Shown here one piece after another: positions 18,243 to 28,262 of a DNA stretch of 46,073 nucleotides. Under the pieces are notes generated by a model. It was not told the DNA's origin. It worked only from the letters and a program-made list of their open reading frames with translations, and made no database searches. The first letter of the stretch is position 1, and every line of letters begins with the position of its first letter. The stretch is from sequence record SRR20825006_2196. The stretch is one strand, 5' to 3'. Made by a program: the position numbers and the translations under genes.

Positions 18243-19853
18243 TCAGGCTTTCAGTTTGTCGGCCAGAGCCGAGGCATTGCGTGCACTGAGCCCGTAGATG
18301 GACAACTGCGGGTTGGCCCCGATGCTGGTGGGGAACACGGAGCCATCGATGACGTAGAGGCCGTTCAGGTGTTTGTAGCTACCGTCGCTGTTGACGGTAC
18401 AGCGGCTCTCATCGGCGCCCATGGTCAGGCCGCCCATGACGTGGGCGCTGCCCAAGCCGGTGATGACCGGGGCATAGTCCAGCTGTGCAACACCGTCGCG
18501 GGCCGCCTTCCAGCTTTTGTAGTAGCCGGCATCAGCGTGGCTGGGGCGAACCTCTTTGGCGCCGGCGGCGAACTGCATTTCCAGCATGGTCAGGTGGGCC
18601 CGTTTGGTGCCATCCAGCAGGTACTCGTTAACCGGGTAATCCAGCAGTGGTTCGCCGTTGTCGCGCAATTCCACGGTGCCGCCCTGGTTATCATCGTGGA
18701 AGCCGTCGCGGATCATGGCGATGGACGCGGCCAGGTTGGGCAGGCGTTCGATTTCATCCCGGGCCCGTTCGCCGAACCCACCCATCAAGGCGCCAGACAA
18801 GCCAGGGTGCATGGGCATCATTTCCATCTTGTAGCCCGCGGGGCCATCGACGCCGTGCTTGAAGGTGAATTCATCGGAATACACGGACTGCGGCGCGCCG
18901 TAGTACGGGGCGATTTCCTTGTCGTAGATACCGAAGGCAAAGCTGGTGGGGTGCAGGAAGGTGCGTTTGCCGACCAGGCCGTTGGGGTCGGGTGCCTCAG
19001 AGCGCATTAGCAAGGCGGGGCTCTGGATGCCGCCGCCCGCTGCGATCACGGTTTTCGCTTTCAGGGTTACGGTGGCGCCGGTGGGGACCTTGTTGTCATT
19101 CAGCGGGCGCACCCGCACGCCGGTGACGCTATCGCCTTCGATGATCAGGGTGTCGGCCTGGGCGCTGTGGATCAACGTTGAACCATGATCCAGGGCGCCG
19201 GGAATGGTGGTGACCAGCATGGATTGTTTGGCGTTGGTGGGGCAGCCCATGCCGCAATAGCCAATGTTCCAGCAGCCGCTCACGTTGCGGGGAATCAGGG
19301 CGGAGTGCCAGCCCTTGTTGTCGCAGCCGCGTTTCATTACATCGTTGTTGGCGTTGGGGGGCATGGCCCACTTTTCTACCTTGAGGCGGGTTTCCATCTG
19401 TTGGAACCAGGGGTCCATTTGCGCCCGACTAAGCCCCTGCACGCCGAATTCATCGTGCCAGTATTGCAGGGTTTCGTGGGGCGTGCGGAAGCAACTGGTC
19501 CAGTTGACCACAGTGGTGCCGCCCACGGTGCGACCTTGCAGCACGGTCATGCCGGCGTCCTTGGTCGCACGCAGGGCGCCTTCCTGGTACAGGTCGCGGT
19601 AGGCGGCGCCTTCATCCAGTTTGAAATCGTCGGAGCTTTTCAGCTTGCCGGCTTCCACCAGGATAACCTTGAGGCCACGCTGGCTGAGGATTTCCGCACT
19701 GACACCGCCGCCGGCGCCGGTGCCAACGATGATCACATCGGCTTCCAGGGTACGGTTGTCGGTGATGGTGCGGCCGTCGAGCACGTCCCAGCCGTTGGCC
19801 GGGTCTTTCCACGGATCTTTCACATTGATGGTGAGGGTGGTCAAATCCTGCAT
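18243..19853 (-). CDS. laoA: GMC family oxidoreductase, LaoA-like long-chain alcohol dehydrogenase
   Basis: GTGAGG FAD motif, GRTVGGTTVVN, GCWNIGYCGMGCP, SAHVMGG and DGSVFPTSIGANPQ; gene order matches P. aeruginosa PA0364-PA0367. Confidence 0.82.
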   Translation of the reverse strand: MQDLTTLTINVKDPWKDPANGWDVLDGRTITDNRTLEADVIIVGTGAGGGVSAEILSQRGLKVILVEAGKLKSSDDFKLDEGAAYRDLYQEGALRATKDAGMTVLQGRTVGGTTVVNWTSCFRTPHETLQYWHDEFGVQGLSRAQMDPWFQQMETRLKVEKWAMPPNANNDVMKRGCDNKGWHSALIPRNVSGCWNIGYCGMGCPTNAKQSMLVTTIPGALDHGSTLIHSAQADTLIIEGDSVTGVRVRPLNDNKVPTGATVTLKAKTVIAAGGGIQSPALLMRSEAPDPNGLVGKRTFLHPTSFAFGIYDKEIAPYYGAPQSVYSDEFTFKHGVDGPAGYKMEMMPMHPGLSGALMGGFGERARDEIERLPNLAASIAMIRDGFHDDNQGGTVELRDNGEPLLDYPVNEYLLDGTKRAHLTMLEMQFAAGAKEVRPSHADAGYYKSWKAARDGVAQLDYAPVITGLGSAHVMGGLTMGADESRCTVNSDGSYKHLNGLYVIDGSVFPTSIGANPQLSIYGLSARNASALADKLKA

Positions 19854-19912
19854 GGCGTTATCCTTTTTCTTGGGCTAGCAGTACACGCGATAAAGGCCGC
19901 AAGCGGCGCGTG

Positions 19913-20446
19913 TCAGGCAACGATCTTTTGGGGCGGGCCGGGATAGCCGGTAGTACGGGCGCCGGTGGGTTTGACATACCAGGCCATATAAATCGGTTGG
20001 GTCAGGCCCTTGAAGGCCATGCGGGACAGGCTCCGTTCGCTGGCAGACCAGTTCGCCAGGGTTTGCTGGAGCTCGTCGTCGCTCTGGTCGGCAAAGCTGG
20101 CCCAGCTGCCGGTGATATACCAGCGGGCGGCGCCCAGTTGCATCAAATCCAGTACCTGAAACAGCGCACCCCGAGTGCCGGGCATGCCGCCGTCGAGCAG
20201 GTCGTCGAAGGCTTTCATGCCGTCTTCGGCAGTGGCGCCCGCATCGCTGAGGGCAGAGCCGAGCACGGCGCCCACCAGCGGGGTCAGCAGGTCCACGTCT
20301 TGCTGTCGGAAGTGTTTATAGCCGGTTGCCGGGCCGTCATTGCTGGAGCAACCGGTGAGCAGGGCCAACCCGGAACCGGTGGCCAGTACTGCACTGCCGG
20401 CGGCGCTCAGCTTGAGAAAGCCGCGGCGATTGATTCCCTGATCCAT
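19913..20446 (-). CDS. laoB: Tat-exported lipoprotein partner subunit (LaoB-like)
   Basis: NRRGFLK twin-arginine motif, LTGC lipobox and C-terminal WY...GYPGPP. Confidence 0.75.
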   Translation of the reverse strand: MDQGINRRGFLKLSAAGSAVLATGSGLALLTGCSSNDGPATGYKHFRQQDVDLLTPLVGAVLGSALSDAGATAEDGMKAFDDLLDGGMPGTRGALFQVLDLMQLGAARWYITGSWASFADQSDDELQQTLANWSASERSLSRMAFKGLTQPIYMAWYVKPTGARTTGYPGPPQKIVA

Positions 20447-20466
20447 AGCGCACTCTTCTTGTTTTG

Positions 20467-20622
20467 AGTTGAAAGGAGCAAGTTAAAAGTTGAAAAGCGC
20501 GGGTCAGGCGATTGAACGTCGTAATGCCAGGCCCGCGATTAACGGTAATGGCGCGGGTATGGCCGTTCAGGAATCCTCGCCTTTTCCCGCGCTTTTTAAC
20601 TTCACACTTTGAGCTTGGAGCT
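20467..20622. repeat. Heptamer-armed inverted-repeat element, copy B
   Basis: agttgaa/aggagca/agttaaa/agttgaa-aagcgcggg ... cccgcgctt-tttaact/tcacact/ttgagct/tggagct; shares its inner hairpin with copy A. Confidence 0.85.
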
Positions 20623-20624
20623 AA

Positions 20625-22067
20625 TTATTTCAGCAGGTACTTGTAGATGAACTTGTGCATGCCGCGCCCATAGGGAGGCAGGATGTGTTTGGTGGCGTTC
20701 ATCTTGCCCTTCTTGTAGATGCCTTTGGCCTGGGAGAAGGTCTGGAAGCCTTCCGGGCCGTGGTAGGCGCCCATGCCGGAGGGGCCGATGCCGCCGAAGG
20801 GAATGTCGTCCACGCCCACATGGGAAATGGTGTCGTTCAGGCACACGCCACCGGAGTGGGTGTTCTTGAGCACGTGGCTGCAGTTGTCCTGGTTCCAGTC
20901 AAAGTAATACAGCGCCAGCGGACGGGGCCGGTCGTTCACGTATTCGATGGCGTCATCCAGGTTTTTGTAGGGCACCACAATCATCAGCGGGCCGAAGATT
21001 TCGTCCTGTGCGATACGCATATCGTCGGTGACATTGAGCACCATGGTGTGCGGGATCTTCTGGCTGCCGGTGAAGTCTTCATTGGCCGGGTTGATCTCGA
21101 TGACCGTGGCACCTTTCTCGCGGGCTTCCTGAACGTAGCCGGTGAGGCGGGTGTGCTGGCGCTCGTTGACGATGGCAGTGAAGTCCGGGTTGTTGAGCAT
21201 GGTCGGGTAGGATTGGGTGACCTGCGCCTTCCAGGCTTCAATGAACTCGTCCACGCGGTTTTCCGGGCAGAGGATGTAGTCCGGTGCCACACAGGTTTGG
21301 CCGGAGTTCAGGCACTTGCCGAAAGCGATGCGCTCGGCTGCGTCCTTCATGGGGAAGTCCTGGCCGATGATGCAGGGGCTCTTGCCGCCCAGCTCCAGGG
21401 TCACTGGCGTCAGGTTGGCGGAGGCCGCGCGCATGATGTGCTTGCCCACGGTGGTGGAGCCGGTGAACAGCAGGTGGTCGAAGGGCAGCTCGGAGAAAGC
21501 CTGGGCCACATCCACTTCACCATTGACCACGGCCACCTGCTCCTGCGGGAAGGTATCGGCGATCAGCTTTTCCAGCAGGGCGCCGGTGCGCGGGGTGGCT
21601 TCACTCATTTTGATCATCACCCGGTTGCCGGCGGCGAGAGCGGTAATCAGGGGCACCACGGCCAGCTGTACCGGGTAGTTCCACGGCACGATAATGCCCA
21701 CCACGCCCAGCGGCTGGTATTCCACCCAGGTCTTGCCCGGCCAGTTCATGGCGCTGACGTGGCGCTTGGACGGCTTCATCCATTTACGCAGTTTCTTGGT
21801 GGTGTACTTCAGCCCTTCCAGAGTAATCATGATTTCCGCGAGTTTGGTTTCGTCGGCGGAACGGGTGGTGAAGTCGTTGTTCAGGGCCTCGGTCCAGGCG
21901 TCCATATGATCGAGCAACAACGGTTTGATTCGGCTGATCAGCTCAATACGCTGTTCGGCGCTGGGGTAAGGGTGTTGGCGGTATGCCGCTTTCTGAGCAG
22001 CGAAGATGCTCTGCATGCGAGCGATGTCTGGGTTGTTGCTGTGCAGATCTTTTACTTCGGCGACCAT
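20625..22067 (-). CDS. laoC: Aldehyde dehydrogenase (coniferyl-aldehyde DH/LaoC family)
   Basis: PWNYP, FTGST, LELGGKSP, GQTCVAPD, EIFGP and PFGGIGPSGMG. Confidence 0.85.
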   Translation of the reverse strand: MVAEVKDLHSNNPDIARMQSIFAAQKAAYRQHPYPSAEQRIELISRIKPLLLDHMDAWTEALNNDFTTRSADETKLAEIMITLEGLKYTTKKLRKWMKPSKRHVSAMNWPGKTWVEYQPLGVVGIIVPWNYPVQLAVVPLITALAAGNRVMIKMSEATPRTGALLEKLIADTFPQEQVAVVNGEVDVAQAFSELPFDHLLFTGSTTVGKHIMRAASANLTPVTLELGGKSPCIIGQDFPMKDAAERIAFGKCLNSGQTCVAPDYILCPENRVDEFIEAWKAQVTQSYPTMLNNPDFTAIVNERQHTRLTGYVQEAREKGATVIEINPANEDFTGSQKIPHTMVLNVTDDMRIAQDEIFGPLMIVVPYKNLDDAIEYVNDRPRPLALYYFDWNQDNCSHVLKNTHSGGVCLNDTISHVGVDDIPFGGIGPSGMGAYHGPEGFQTFSQAKGIYKKGKMNATKHILPPYGRGMHKFIYKYLLK

Positions 22068-22130
22068 GGTCCTCGCCTCCCGAGTTTAATAGTTAGGTAT
22101 GATGGAGTGGTTAAAAATTCATCTTGAGTC

Positions 22131-22160
22131 TGATTTTTAGAGTAATTACTCTAAGAGTCA
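22131..22160. promoter_or_regulatory. TetR operator palindrome overlapping the laoC promoter
   Basis: Perfect 18-bp palindrome ttagagtaattactctaa (22137-22154), extending imperfectly to tga...tca; minus-strand TTGACT adjacent. Confidence 0.75.
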
Positions 22161-22195
22161 ACATCGTGTATCAGAAAGACCACATTTGGCCCCTT

Positions 22196-22894
22196 ATGAC
22201 TAGTACCAAAGCGCGCATTCTGGAAACCAGCCTTGCCCTCTTCAATCGGCAGGGAGAGCGTAATGTGACCACCAATCACATTGCTGATGCCTTGGGGATC
22301 AGCCCGGGTAATCTGTATTACCACTTCCGCAACAAGGGCACGATTGTGGCCGCGCTGTTCGACCGCTATCAGCTCCAGCTTCTGGCTCTGCTGGAAGCGC
22401 CACAGGGGCCGTTAAGCTGGCAAGTGAAGGTGCATTACTTCGAGGGGTTGCTGGCGTCCATGTGGCAGTACCGGTTTTTCCACCGGGATCTGTCTCACTT
22501 TCTGCACACGGATCCGGCACTGGCGGCCCGTTATCAGCAGTTTGTGGAAACGGTGCTGGTGCGCGGGACGGTGATTTACGAGGAGTTGCGTAGCAGCGGG
22601 ATTCTGGCGCTGGACGATGAGCAGCTGCAGGGGCTGATGGTCAACACCTGGGTGATGATGTCGTCGTGGGCGGCCCTGATACATGGCCTGCGCCCGGATG
22701 CGGCGGCAGATGAAGGCCTGGATGAGCGCCTGATGCGCCATGGCGTCTATCAGATCATCTGCCTGGAGGAGCCATTCCTGAAAGGGGAGGCCCGGGAGCA
22801 TCTGACGGAAATGAAGGCGCGCTACCGGGCGGCGGACAACACCAGCGAATTGTTGCTGGGCCATTCTCTTGGCCTGTCACCGACCGGCAGCTGA
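22196..22894 (+). CDS. laoR: TetR/AcrR family regulator (LaoR-like)
   Basis: TKARILETSLALFN...TTNHIADALGISPGNLYYHFRNK; divergent from laoC. Confidence 0.82.
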   Translation: MTSTKARILETSLALFNRQGERNVTTNHIADALGISPGNLYYHFRNKGTIVAALFDRYQLQLLALLEAPQGPLSWQVKVHYFEGLLASMWQYRFFHRDLSHFLHTDPALAARYQQFVETVLVRGTVIYEELRSSGILALDDEQLQGLMVNTWVMMSSWAALIHGLRPDAAADEGLDERLMRHGVYQIICLEEPFLKGEAREHLTEMKARYRAADNTSELLLGHSLGLSPTGS

Positions 22895-22912
22895 GCCCGC
22901 TGGTTGCCCGTG

Positions 22913-23899
22913 CTAGCGAAACCCGAACCCCTGCACAAACGCCAGTAGCCGCTGTTCCAGCCAGTAGCGCTGGCTCTTGTCTCCTACAAAACCCACGTGG
23001 CCACCGTAATCACTGACTTCCAGCGTGACGGCCGGCCCCAGTTCTTCCTGGCGCGGCAGGGTTGCTGGTGTCATGAAAGGATCGTCGCGGTTCTGCAACA
23101 TCAGGGTCGGGGTGCGAATCTGTAGCAACTTGGGGCCGGCGGAACATTGCGCGTAGTAGTGGTAGGCGCTGCGGAAACCGTACAGCGGCGCGATGATCTG
23201 GTCATCGTAGCGCCAGAATGAACGGATGCCGTTCATGTTCAGGCGGTGCAGCCGTTTGGCCTCCGGTGGGTTGACCTTGTCCAGGTGGGTTTTCTGCACA
23301 GCGAAATTGCCCAGCAGGTTTTTCAGCAGGTGCTGGCGGTACAGTTTCGACAGCCCCTGATCCAGCCGGTTGGCACAGATATCCAGCCGCAAAGGGGAGC
23401 AGACTGTGGCCACAGCACTCAGGTCGCCGTTGTCCCGGTGAGCCAGCCAGTTCAGCAGGCGGCTACCACCGAGGGAAACGCCAATGGCGATACGATGGCC
23501 GGTGGGGTTTTCATGGAACACATGTTTGATCACCGCATCCACATCGTCCACTTCCCCGGCGTGGTAGCACAGGGCGGTGTCGTTGGGTTTTTTGGCGCCG
23601 CGACTGTTGATCGCTACGGAACGAATGCCCGCCTCGGCCAGCACCTTCTGCATGCCGCGCATGTAATGGGAATCGCTGCAGCCGGACAGCCCATGCAGTA
23701 ACAGCACGGTGAGTTGCCCCGGGCGACTTTCCGGCCCGGCCCAGTCCAGCAGCAAATAGTCACCGTCTTTCAGGTTCAGCCGCTCGCTGCGCCGTTCTAC
23801 CTCGGGCAAGCTGCGGCCCATGGGCCCCCACAGGGTTTGCAGGTGCGGGTTGCGTAACCATAGTGGCGGTCGAAATGCCGACCGTACGATCTCGCCCAT
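22913..23899 (-). CDS. YheT family alpha/beta hydrolase
   Basis: FRPPLWLRNPHLQT, HGLSGCSDSHY, GVSLGG, DDPFM and GGHVGF; start MGEIVR at 23899. Confidence 0.88.
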   Translation of the reverse strand: MGEIVRSAFRPPLWLRNPHLQTLWGPMGRSLPEVERRSERLNLKDGDYLLLDWAGPESRPGQLTVLLLHGLSGCSDSHYMRGMQKVLAEAGIRSVAINSRGAKKPNDTALCYHAGEVDDVDAVIKHVFHENPTGHRIAIGVSLGGSRLLNWLAHRDNGDLSAVATVCSPLRLDICANRLDQGLSKLYRQHLLKNLLGNFAVQKTHLDKVNPPEAKRLHRLNMNGIRSFWRYDDQIIAPLYGFRSAYHYYAQCSAGPKLLQIRTPTLMLQNRDDPFMTPATLPRQEELGPAVTLEVSDYGGHVGFVGDKSQRYWLEQRLLAFVQGFGFR

Positions 23900-24004
23900 A
23901 GGCAGGGTCTCATCCAGCGGGAAGGAAAAATCACGCCTGACGCGTGGCGCACGTATGGTAGCCTTTTGTTTTTCTCGCTGGCAGCTATTCATGACGGAGA
24001 TTCC

Positions 24005-24727
24005 ATGCCACGCCGTTTTTTTGATGATCAGGATTTCCTCTCCGGGCAAGCTGTAGAGCTGGGTGCCAGTGCCAGCCACCATATTGGCAAGGTGTTGCGC
24101 ATGGCGGTGGGCGATGAGTTGGTGGTGTTCAACGGTCGTGGCGGTGAATGGTTGGCGAGTATCTCTGCCATCAGCAAGAAAGCCGTCACCATCGAACCGC
24201 AGGCGTTCACTGATGAAGACCGCGCTGCCCCGCTGGCGGTAACCGTGGCGCTGCCGATGATCAAGGGCGAGCGTATGGATTATGCGATCCAGAAAGCCAC
24301 CGAGCTGGGTGCCGGTGAGTTGGTGATTCTGGATACCGAACGCTGCGAAGTGCGCCTCAAAGGTGAGCGCCAGGACAAGAAACTGGCCCATTGGCAGCAG
24401 GTGGCGATCAGTGCGTGTGAGCAGTGCGGGATGAACCGGGTGCCTGCCGTGCGTGGCGTGTTGAGTCTGCGTGACTGGCTGGCGTCGGACCTTCCCGCCC
24501 TGAAGTTGATTGCCCACCCGGGTGAAAAGCCCTTCTCTCCGGCTGCCTTGCAGACGCAATCCGAACTGGCATTGCTGACGGGTCCGGAAGGCGGGTTTTC
24601 CGATGACGAGTTGCAGCGCGCGGCAGATGCCGGCTTTACCCCTTTCGCCCTGGGCAACCGGGTGTTGCGGGCGGAAACCGCGCCGGTGGCGCTACTGGCG
24701 GCGCTGTGGGCGTGGCATGGCCACTAG
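24005..24727 (+). CDS. rsmE: 16S rRNA m3U1498 methyltransferase
   Basis: HHIGKVLRM, QKATELG, SACEQCG, GPEGGFS and LGNRVLRAETAP. Confidence 0.95.
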   Translation: MPRRFFDDQDFLSGQAVELGASASHHIGKVLRMAVGDELVVFNGRGGEWLASISAISKKAVTIEPQAFTDEDRAAPLAVTVALPMIKGERMDYAIQKATELGAGELVILDTERCEVRLKGERQDKKLAHWQQVAISACEQCGMNRVPAVRGVLSLRDWLASDLPALKLIAHPGEKPFSPAALQTQSELALLTGPEGGFSDDELQRAADAGFTPFALGNRVLRAETAPVALLAALWAWHGH

Positions 24728-25112
24728 GGCGAAGGGGCGCAGACGCCCACGCCGTGGTAACTCCGGCAGAACATCGGGTCTCGCCGCGCCGCTGCTCGGC
24801 ATTGCCGTGTTTGCATTGGTGCTGGGTTTCTATGCCCGCCATGACCGCCTGTTGCCTTGGTTGGCCGGTGCATATGTGGTGCTTGCGGTGTTCACGCTGG
24901 GTTTGTATGCGTGGGACAAACGCGCGGCCATGCAGGCCCGGTCACGGATTCCGGAACAAACCCTGCACCTGCTGGCGCTGTCGGGCGGCTGGCCGGGAGC
25001 GATGTTGGCCCGTCCCCTGTTTCGTCACAAGACCCGCAAGCAACCCTTCACGGGCATATTCTGGTGCACGGTGCTGCTGAATCTGGCAATGGTGGCGGCG
25101 TTGCTGTGGTAG
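24717..25112 (+). CDS. DUF1294 domain membrane protein
   Basis: YAWDKRAA, RIPEQTL, GGWPGA and FRHKTRKQPF. Confidence 0.85.
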   Translation: MATRAKGRRRPRRGNSGRTSGLAAPLLGIAVFALVLGFYARHDRLLPWLAGAYVVLAVFTLGLYAWDKRAAMQARSRIPEQTLHLLALSGGWPGAMLARPLFRHKTRKQPFTGIFWCTVLLNLAMVAALLW

Positions 25113-25152
25113 TGACGGGCCCGCACAGACAATCACGAAAAGGGAGAACGCA

Positions 25153-25578
25153 ATGCTGTTAACCAGCCCGATCATTACGCCGGTGGTGGTCCTGGTGGCC
25201 TGGTCCATGGTCATGTGGCTATGGATGTACATCACTCGCTTGCCGGCCATGAAAGCGGCCAATATGCAGCCGGATCCGCAGGCACCCCGCGGTGAGCAGA
25301 TGAGTACCCTGCCTGCCCGCGTGCGCTGGAAAGCGGACAACTACAATCACCTGATGGAGCAGCCCACGGCGTTTTATGCGGTTGCGCTGTCGCTGGCACT
25401 GCTGGGCCAGGGAGACGGTATCAATCTGGCGTTGGCGTGGGCCTACGTGGGTATCCGGGTTGTGCATTCCTTGTTGCAGGCGTTGATCAACAAAATAGAA
25501 CTTCGCTTTGTATTGTTCTCCCTGTCGTCGCTGGCCCTGGTAGGCCTCGCTGCGAACGCCTTATGGGCGGTGCTTTGA
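25153..25578 (+). CDS. MAPEG family membrane protein
   Basis: ADNYNHLMEQP, AWAYVGIRVVHS and RFVLF. Confidence 0.82.
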   Translation: MLLTSPIITPVVVLVAWSMVMWLWMYITRLPAMKAANMQPDPQAPRGEQMSTLPARVRWKADNYNHLMEQPTAFYAVALSLALLGQGDGINLALAWAYVGIRVVHSLLQALINKIELRFVLFSLSSLALVGLAANALWAVL

Positions 25579-26429
25579 TTTCGGCGCAGCGCACCCTGGC
25601 GTTAACCGCTCTGGCCATGGTGGCCTTTGCGGCCAATTCGGTGCTGTGCCGTCTTGCCTTGCGCGAAGGTGCGATAGATGCCGCCAGCTTTACGGCGGTG
25701 CGGCTGGTGTCCGGCGCAGTGGCACTGGGATTGATCCTGTTGCTGCGCGATCGCAGTGTGAAAGCCATGGCTACGCAGGGCAATCAGGGGTCGGCGTTGG
25801 CGTTGTTTGTCTACGCTGCCGGGTTCTCGCTGGCCTACGTTGAGCTTGCCACGGGTACCGGCGCCTTGCTGCTGTTTGGCGCAGTGCAGGCCACCATGAT
25901 TGGTATCGGTTTGTATCGTGGCGAGCGGTTGGAGCCGCTGCAGTGGTTGGGGCTGACGTTGGCGTTGACGGGTCTGGTCGCGCTGATGTTGCCGGGGGCC
26001 ACGGCACCGCCGCTGGCCGCCGCCGCCTTGATGTTGGTGGCGGGGGCTGCCTGGGGGGTGTATTCCCTGCGCGGCAAGGGCGCGGCTGATGCCACGGCGG
26101 TAACGGCCGGAAATTTCTTGCGGGCGTTGATCTGGCTACTGCCACTGGGGCTATTTGCGTGGCCGGCACAATGGCCCCAAGGGAGCGGGCTGGTTTATGC
26201 GGTATTGTCCGGTGCTCTGGCGTCGGGCGCCGGTTATGCCATCTGGTACCTGGCGCTGCGCGGGCTGGCCAGTTCCACGGCGGCCACGGTGCAGTTGAGT
26301 GTGCCGGTGCTGGCGGCCCTGGCCGGGGTAGTATGGCTGGACGAGGACTTCACCCTGCGTTTGCTTCTGGCATCGGCGGCGATTCTGGGCGGCATTGCGT
26401 TAGTGATTCGGCGCGGCGTGTCCCGCTGA
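25575..26429 (+). CDS. DMT/EamA family transporter
   Basis: AFAANSVLCR, GYAIWY and ATVQLSVPV with ~10 TM segments; start uncertain (TTG 25575 overlapping the upstream stop, or ATG 25563). Confidence 0.82.
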   Translation: MISAQRTLALTALAMVAFAANSVLCRLALREGAIDAASFTAVRLVSGAVALGLILLLRDRSVKAMATQGNQGSALALFVYAAGFSLAYVELATGTGALLLFGAVQATMIGIGLYRGERLEPLQWLGLTLALTGLVALMLPGATAPPLAAAALMLVAGAAWGVYSLRGKGAADATAVTAGNFLRALIWLLPLGLFAWPAQWPQGSGLVYAVLSGALASGAGYAIWYLALRGLASSTAATVQLSVPVLAALAGVVWLDEDFTLRLLLASAAILGGIALVIRRGVSR

Positions 26430-26451
26430 GCGGCATGGTCGAGAGGGATTG

Positions 26452-26787
26452 ATGGCATTCGATGGTGAGCTGGCCCAGCGCGTACGGGAACAATGGCTGC
26501 AGGTGGCCGGCACGTTGCCAGATGAGAAACGCATGTTCGGCGGCTTGTGCTTCATGCTCGCCGGAAACATGTGTTGCGGTATTCTTGGCGAGCGGTTGTT
26601 GGCCCGGGTTGGGCCTCAGGCCTATGGTGCTTTGTTGATGGAGCCGGGGGCCAGCGAAATGGATTTCACCGGTCGGCCCATGAAGGGCATGATCATGGTG
26701 GATGATGCCGTGCTGTCGGACGATGAGGTGCTGCAACGCTGGCTTTGCGCGTGCTTTGAATTCGTGCGTCTTCTTCCCGCCAAATAG
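26452..26787 (+). CDS. TfoX/Sxy N-terminal domain protein
   Basis: EKRMFGGLCFML.GNM, LLARVG and MDFTGRPMKG. Confidence 0.85.
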   Translation: MAFDGELAQRVREQWLQVAGTLPDEKRMFGGLCFMLAGNMCCGILGERLLARVGPQAYGALLMEPGASEMDFTGRPMKGMIMVDDAVLSDDEVLQRWLCACFEFVRLLPAK

Positions 26788-26802
26788 TGGACAGGTACCG
26801 TC

Positions 26803-27378
26803 ATGCTGCAAATCGGAATTGTAATCTACGATGAGGCCGAGGTGCTGGACTTTGCTGGTCCCTATGAGGTGTTTGCCACCGCAGCCCGGTTGTGTGACGC
26901 CCGGCCCTGGCGTGTATCGTTAATCAGCGAAAAAACGCCGGTGATGGCTCGGGGTGGTTTCCCTGTGCAAAGTCACTTCACCCTGCAGGACCACCCGTCC
27001 CTGGATGTACTGCTGGTCAGCGGTGGGGTACATAGCGAAGCCATGAACAGTGCTGCCCTGCTCGGCGCTATTCGTCGGGCGGGGGAACAGGCTCGCTGGG
27101 TGACGTCGGTCTGTACGGGCGCATTTCTGCTGGCCAAAGCCGGGCTGCTGACCGATGAAAAAGTGACAACCCATTGGGAAGATATTGCTGAACTGCGCGC
27201 GTGTTTTCCTGATTTGGACGTTCAGAGCGAAGTGCGCTGGGTTGAAGATGGCAACCGACTAACTTCCGCTGGTATTTCTGCGGGTATCGATATGAGCCTG
27301 CATCTGGTGGAAAGACTGCATGGCCGGGAATTGGCGGACAAGACGGCCCGGCAGATGGATTATGCCTGGCAGCGGTGA
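26803..27378 (+). CDS. DJ-1/PfpI family protein
   Basis: EVLDFAGPYEVF, SVCTGAFLLA, TTHW and TSAGISAGIDM. Confidence 0.9.
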   Translation: MLQIGIVIYDEAEVLDFAGPYEVFATAARLCDARPWRVSLISEKTPVMARGGFPVQSHFTLQDHPSLDVLLVSGGVHSEAMNSAALLGAIRRAGEQARWVTSVCTGAFLLAKAGLLTDEKVTTHWEDIAELRACFPDLDVQSEVRWVEDGNRLTSAGISAGIDMSLHLVERLHGRELADKTARQMDYAWQR

Positions 27379-27407
27379 TGCGTTGGCTCGCAAATCCATC
27401 GGGTGAC

Positions 27408-28067
27408 TTAACGATATCGCCGGCTGTACGCCCAATACACACCCGCCAGGGAGACGGCCAGGGTGGCCGGGGCCAACAAGGCGGTAAAATGGAGCAACCT
27501 GAATAACCAGGTGCCAATCACTCCCCCACAGATGAAACCGCCAATCAGCAATACGAACAACAGCAGTCGGCGGCTATTGAGGGGGATGCCACGCAGGCGG
27601 TTGCCGAGCATGATACCCAGATCCGTAAAAATCCCGGACAGGTGGGTGGTGCGGATGATGGAGCCACTGTAGGTGGTCACCATGGCGTTCTGCAGGCCGC
27701 AGGCCATGGAGGCCAGATAGATGCCGAGATCACTGCCCTGTTGCAGAGACAGCATGGCCATAACCAGCAAAGCCGCTTCGATCAGCAATGAGAAACCGTA
27801 ATGGCGGCCCAGTTTCAGGGCAGTGCTGGTGATGAGTATGCCGCTAAGGGCGGCACCGGCGAGAAAGCTCAGCAGGGTGAGCAGCAGGTGCAGGGCCACT
27901 GACAGATCAACATCCGCCAATGCCAGGCCTAGTAGCGAGGAGGTGCCTGTAAGGTGTGATACTGATTGATGGCTGAATCCCAGCAGGCCCACCGCATTGA
28001 CGCTGCCGGCGAGAAAGGCCAGCAGAAAAGCTCCGACTTCCACCCAGGGTGGTAAACGAGTCAGCAA
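27408..28067 (-). CDS. YoaK / DUF1275 family membrane protein
   Basis: AGSVNA, SHLTG, CGLQNA and RTTHLSGIFTD; TTG start. Confidence 0.85.
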   Translation of the reverse strand: MLTRLPPWVEVGAFLLAFLAGSVNAVGLLGFSHQSVSHLTGTSSLLGLALADVDLSVALHLLLTLLSFLAGAALSGILITSTALKLGRHYGFSLLIEAALLVMAMLSLQQGSDLGIYLASMACGLQNAMVTTYSGSIIRTTHLSGIFTDLGIMLGNRLRGIPLNSRRLLLFVLLIGGFICGGVIGTWLFRLLHFTALLAPATLAVSLAGVYWAYSRRYR

Positions 28068-28262
28068 GGCATCACCCCGTCTGGCCGATTATCAAAAACG
28101 GCAGTGTAGCACGGCCGGCTGGCACCAGGGCCAGAGGCTTGTGTGGCAAGAAGGTCTTGGCTCCTCGCCCACATTTTGTTTCCTGATCGCGGGATAAAAA
28201 GACACAGAGACCCTTGCCGACGTTGCTACCTTACAGTTCGATTATCAGCGTCAGGGATCAAT

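Noticed and set aside
20655-22127. 490-aa plus-strand ORF (and similar long ORFs at 9266-10384, 29501-30694, 38333-39616, 39758-41206 and 41234-42418)
   Set aside because: Antisense shadows of well-supported genes, typical of GC-rich codon usage; no recognisable motifs.
23900-24559. N-terminal extension making the YheT hydrolase 548 aa
   Set aside because: The extension is antisense to rsmE; family similarity starts at MGEIVRSAFRPP (23899).
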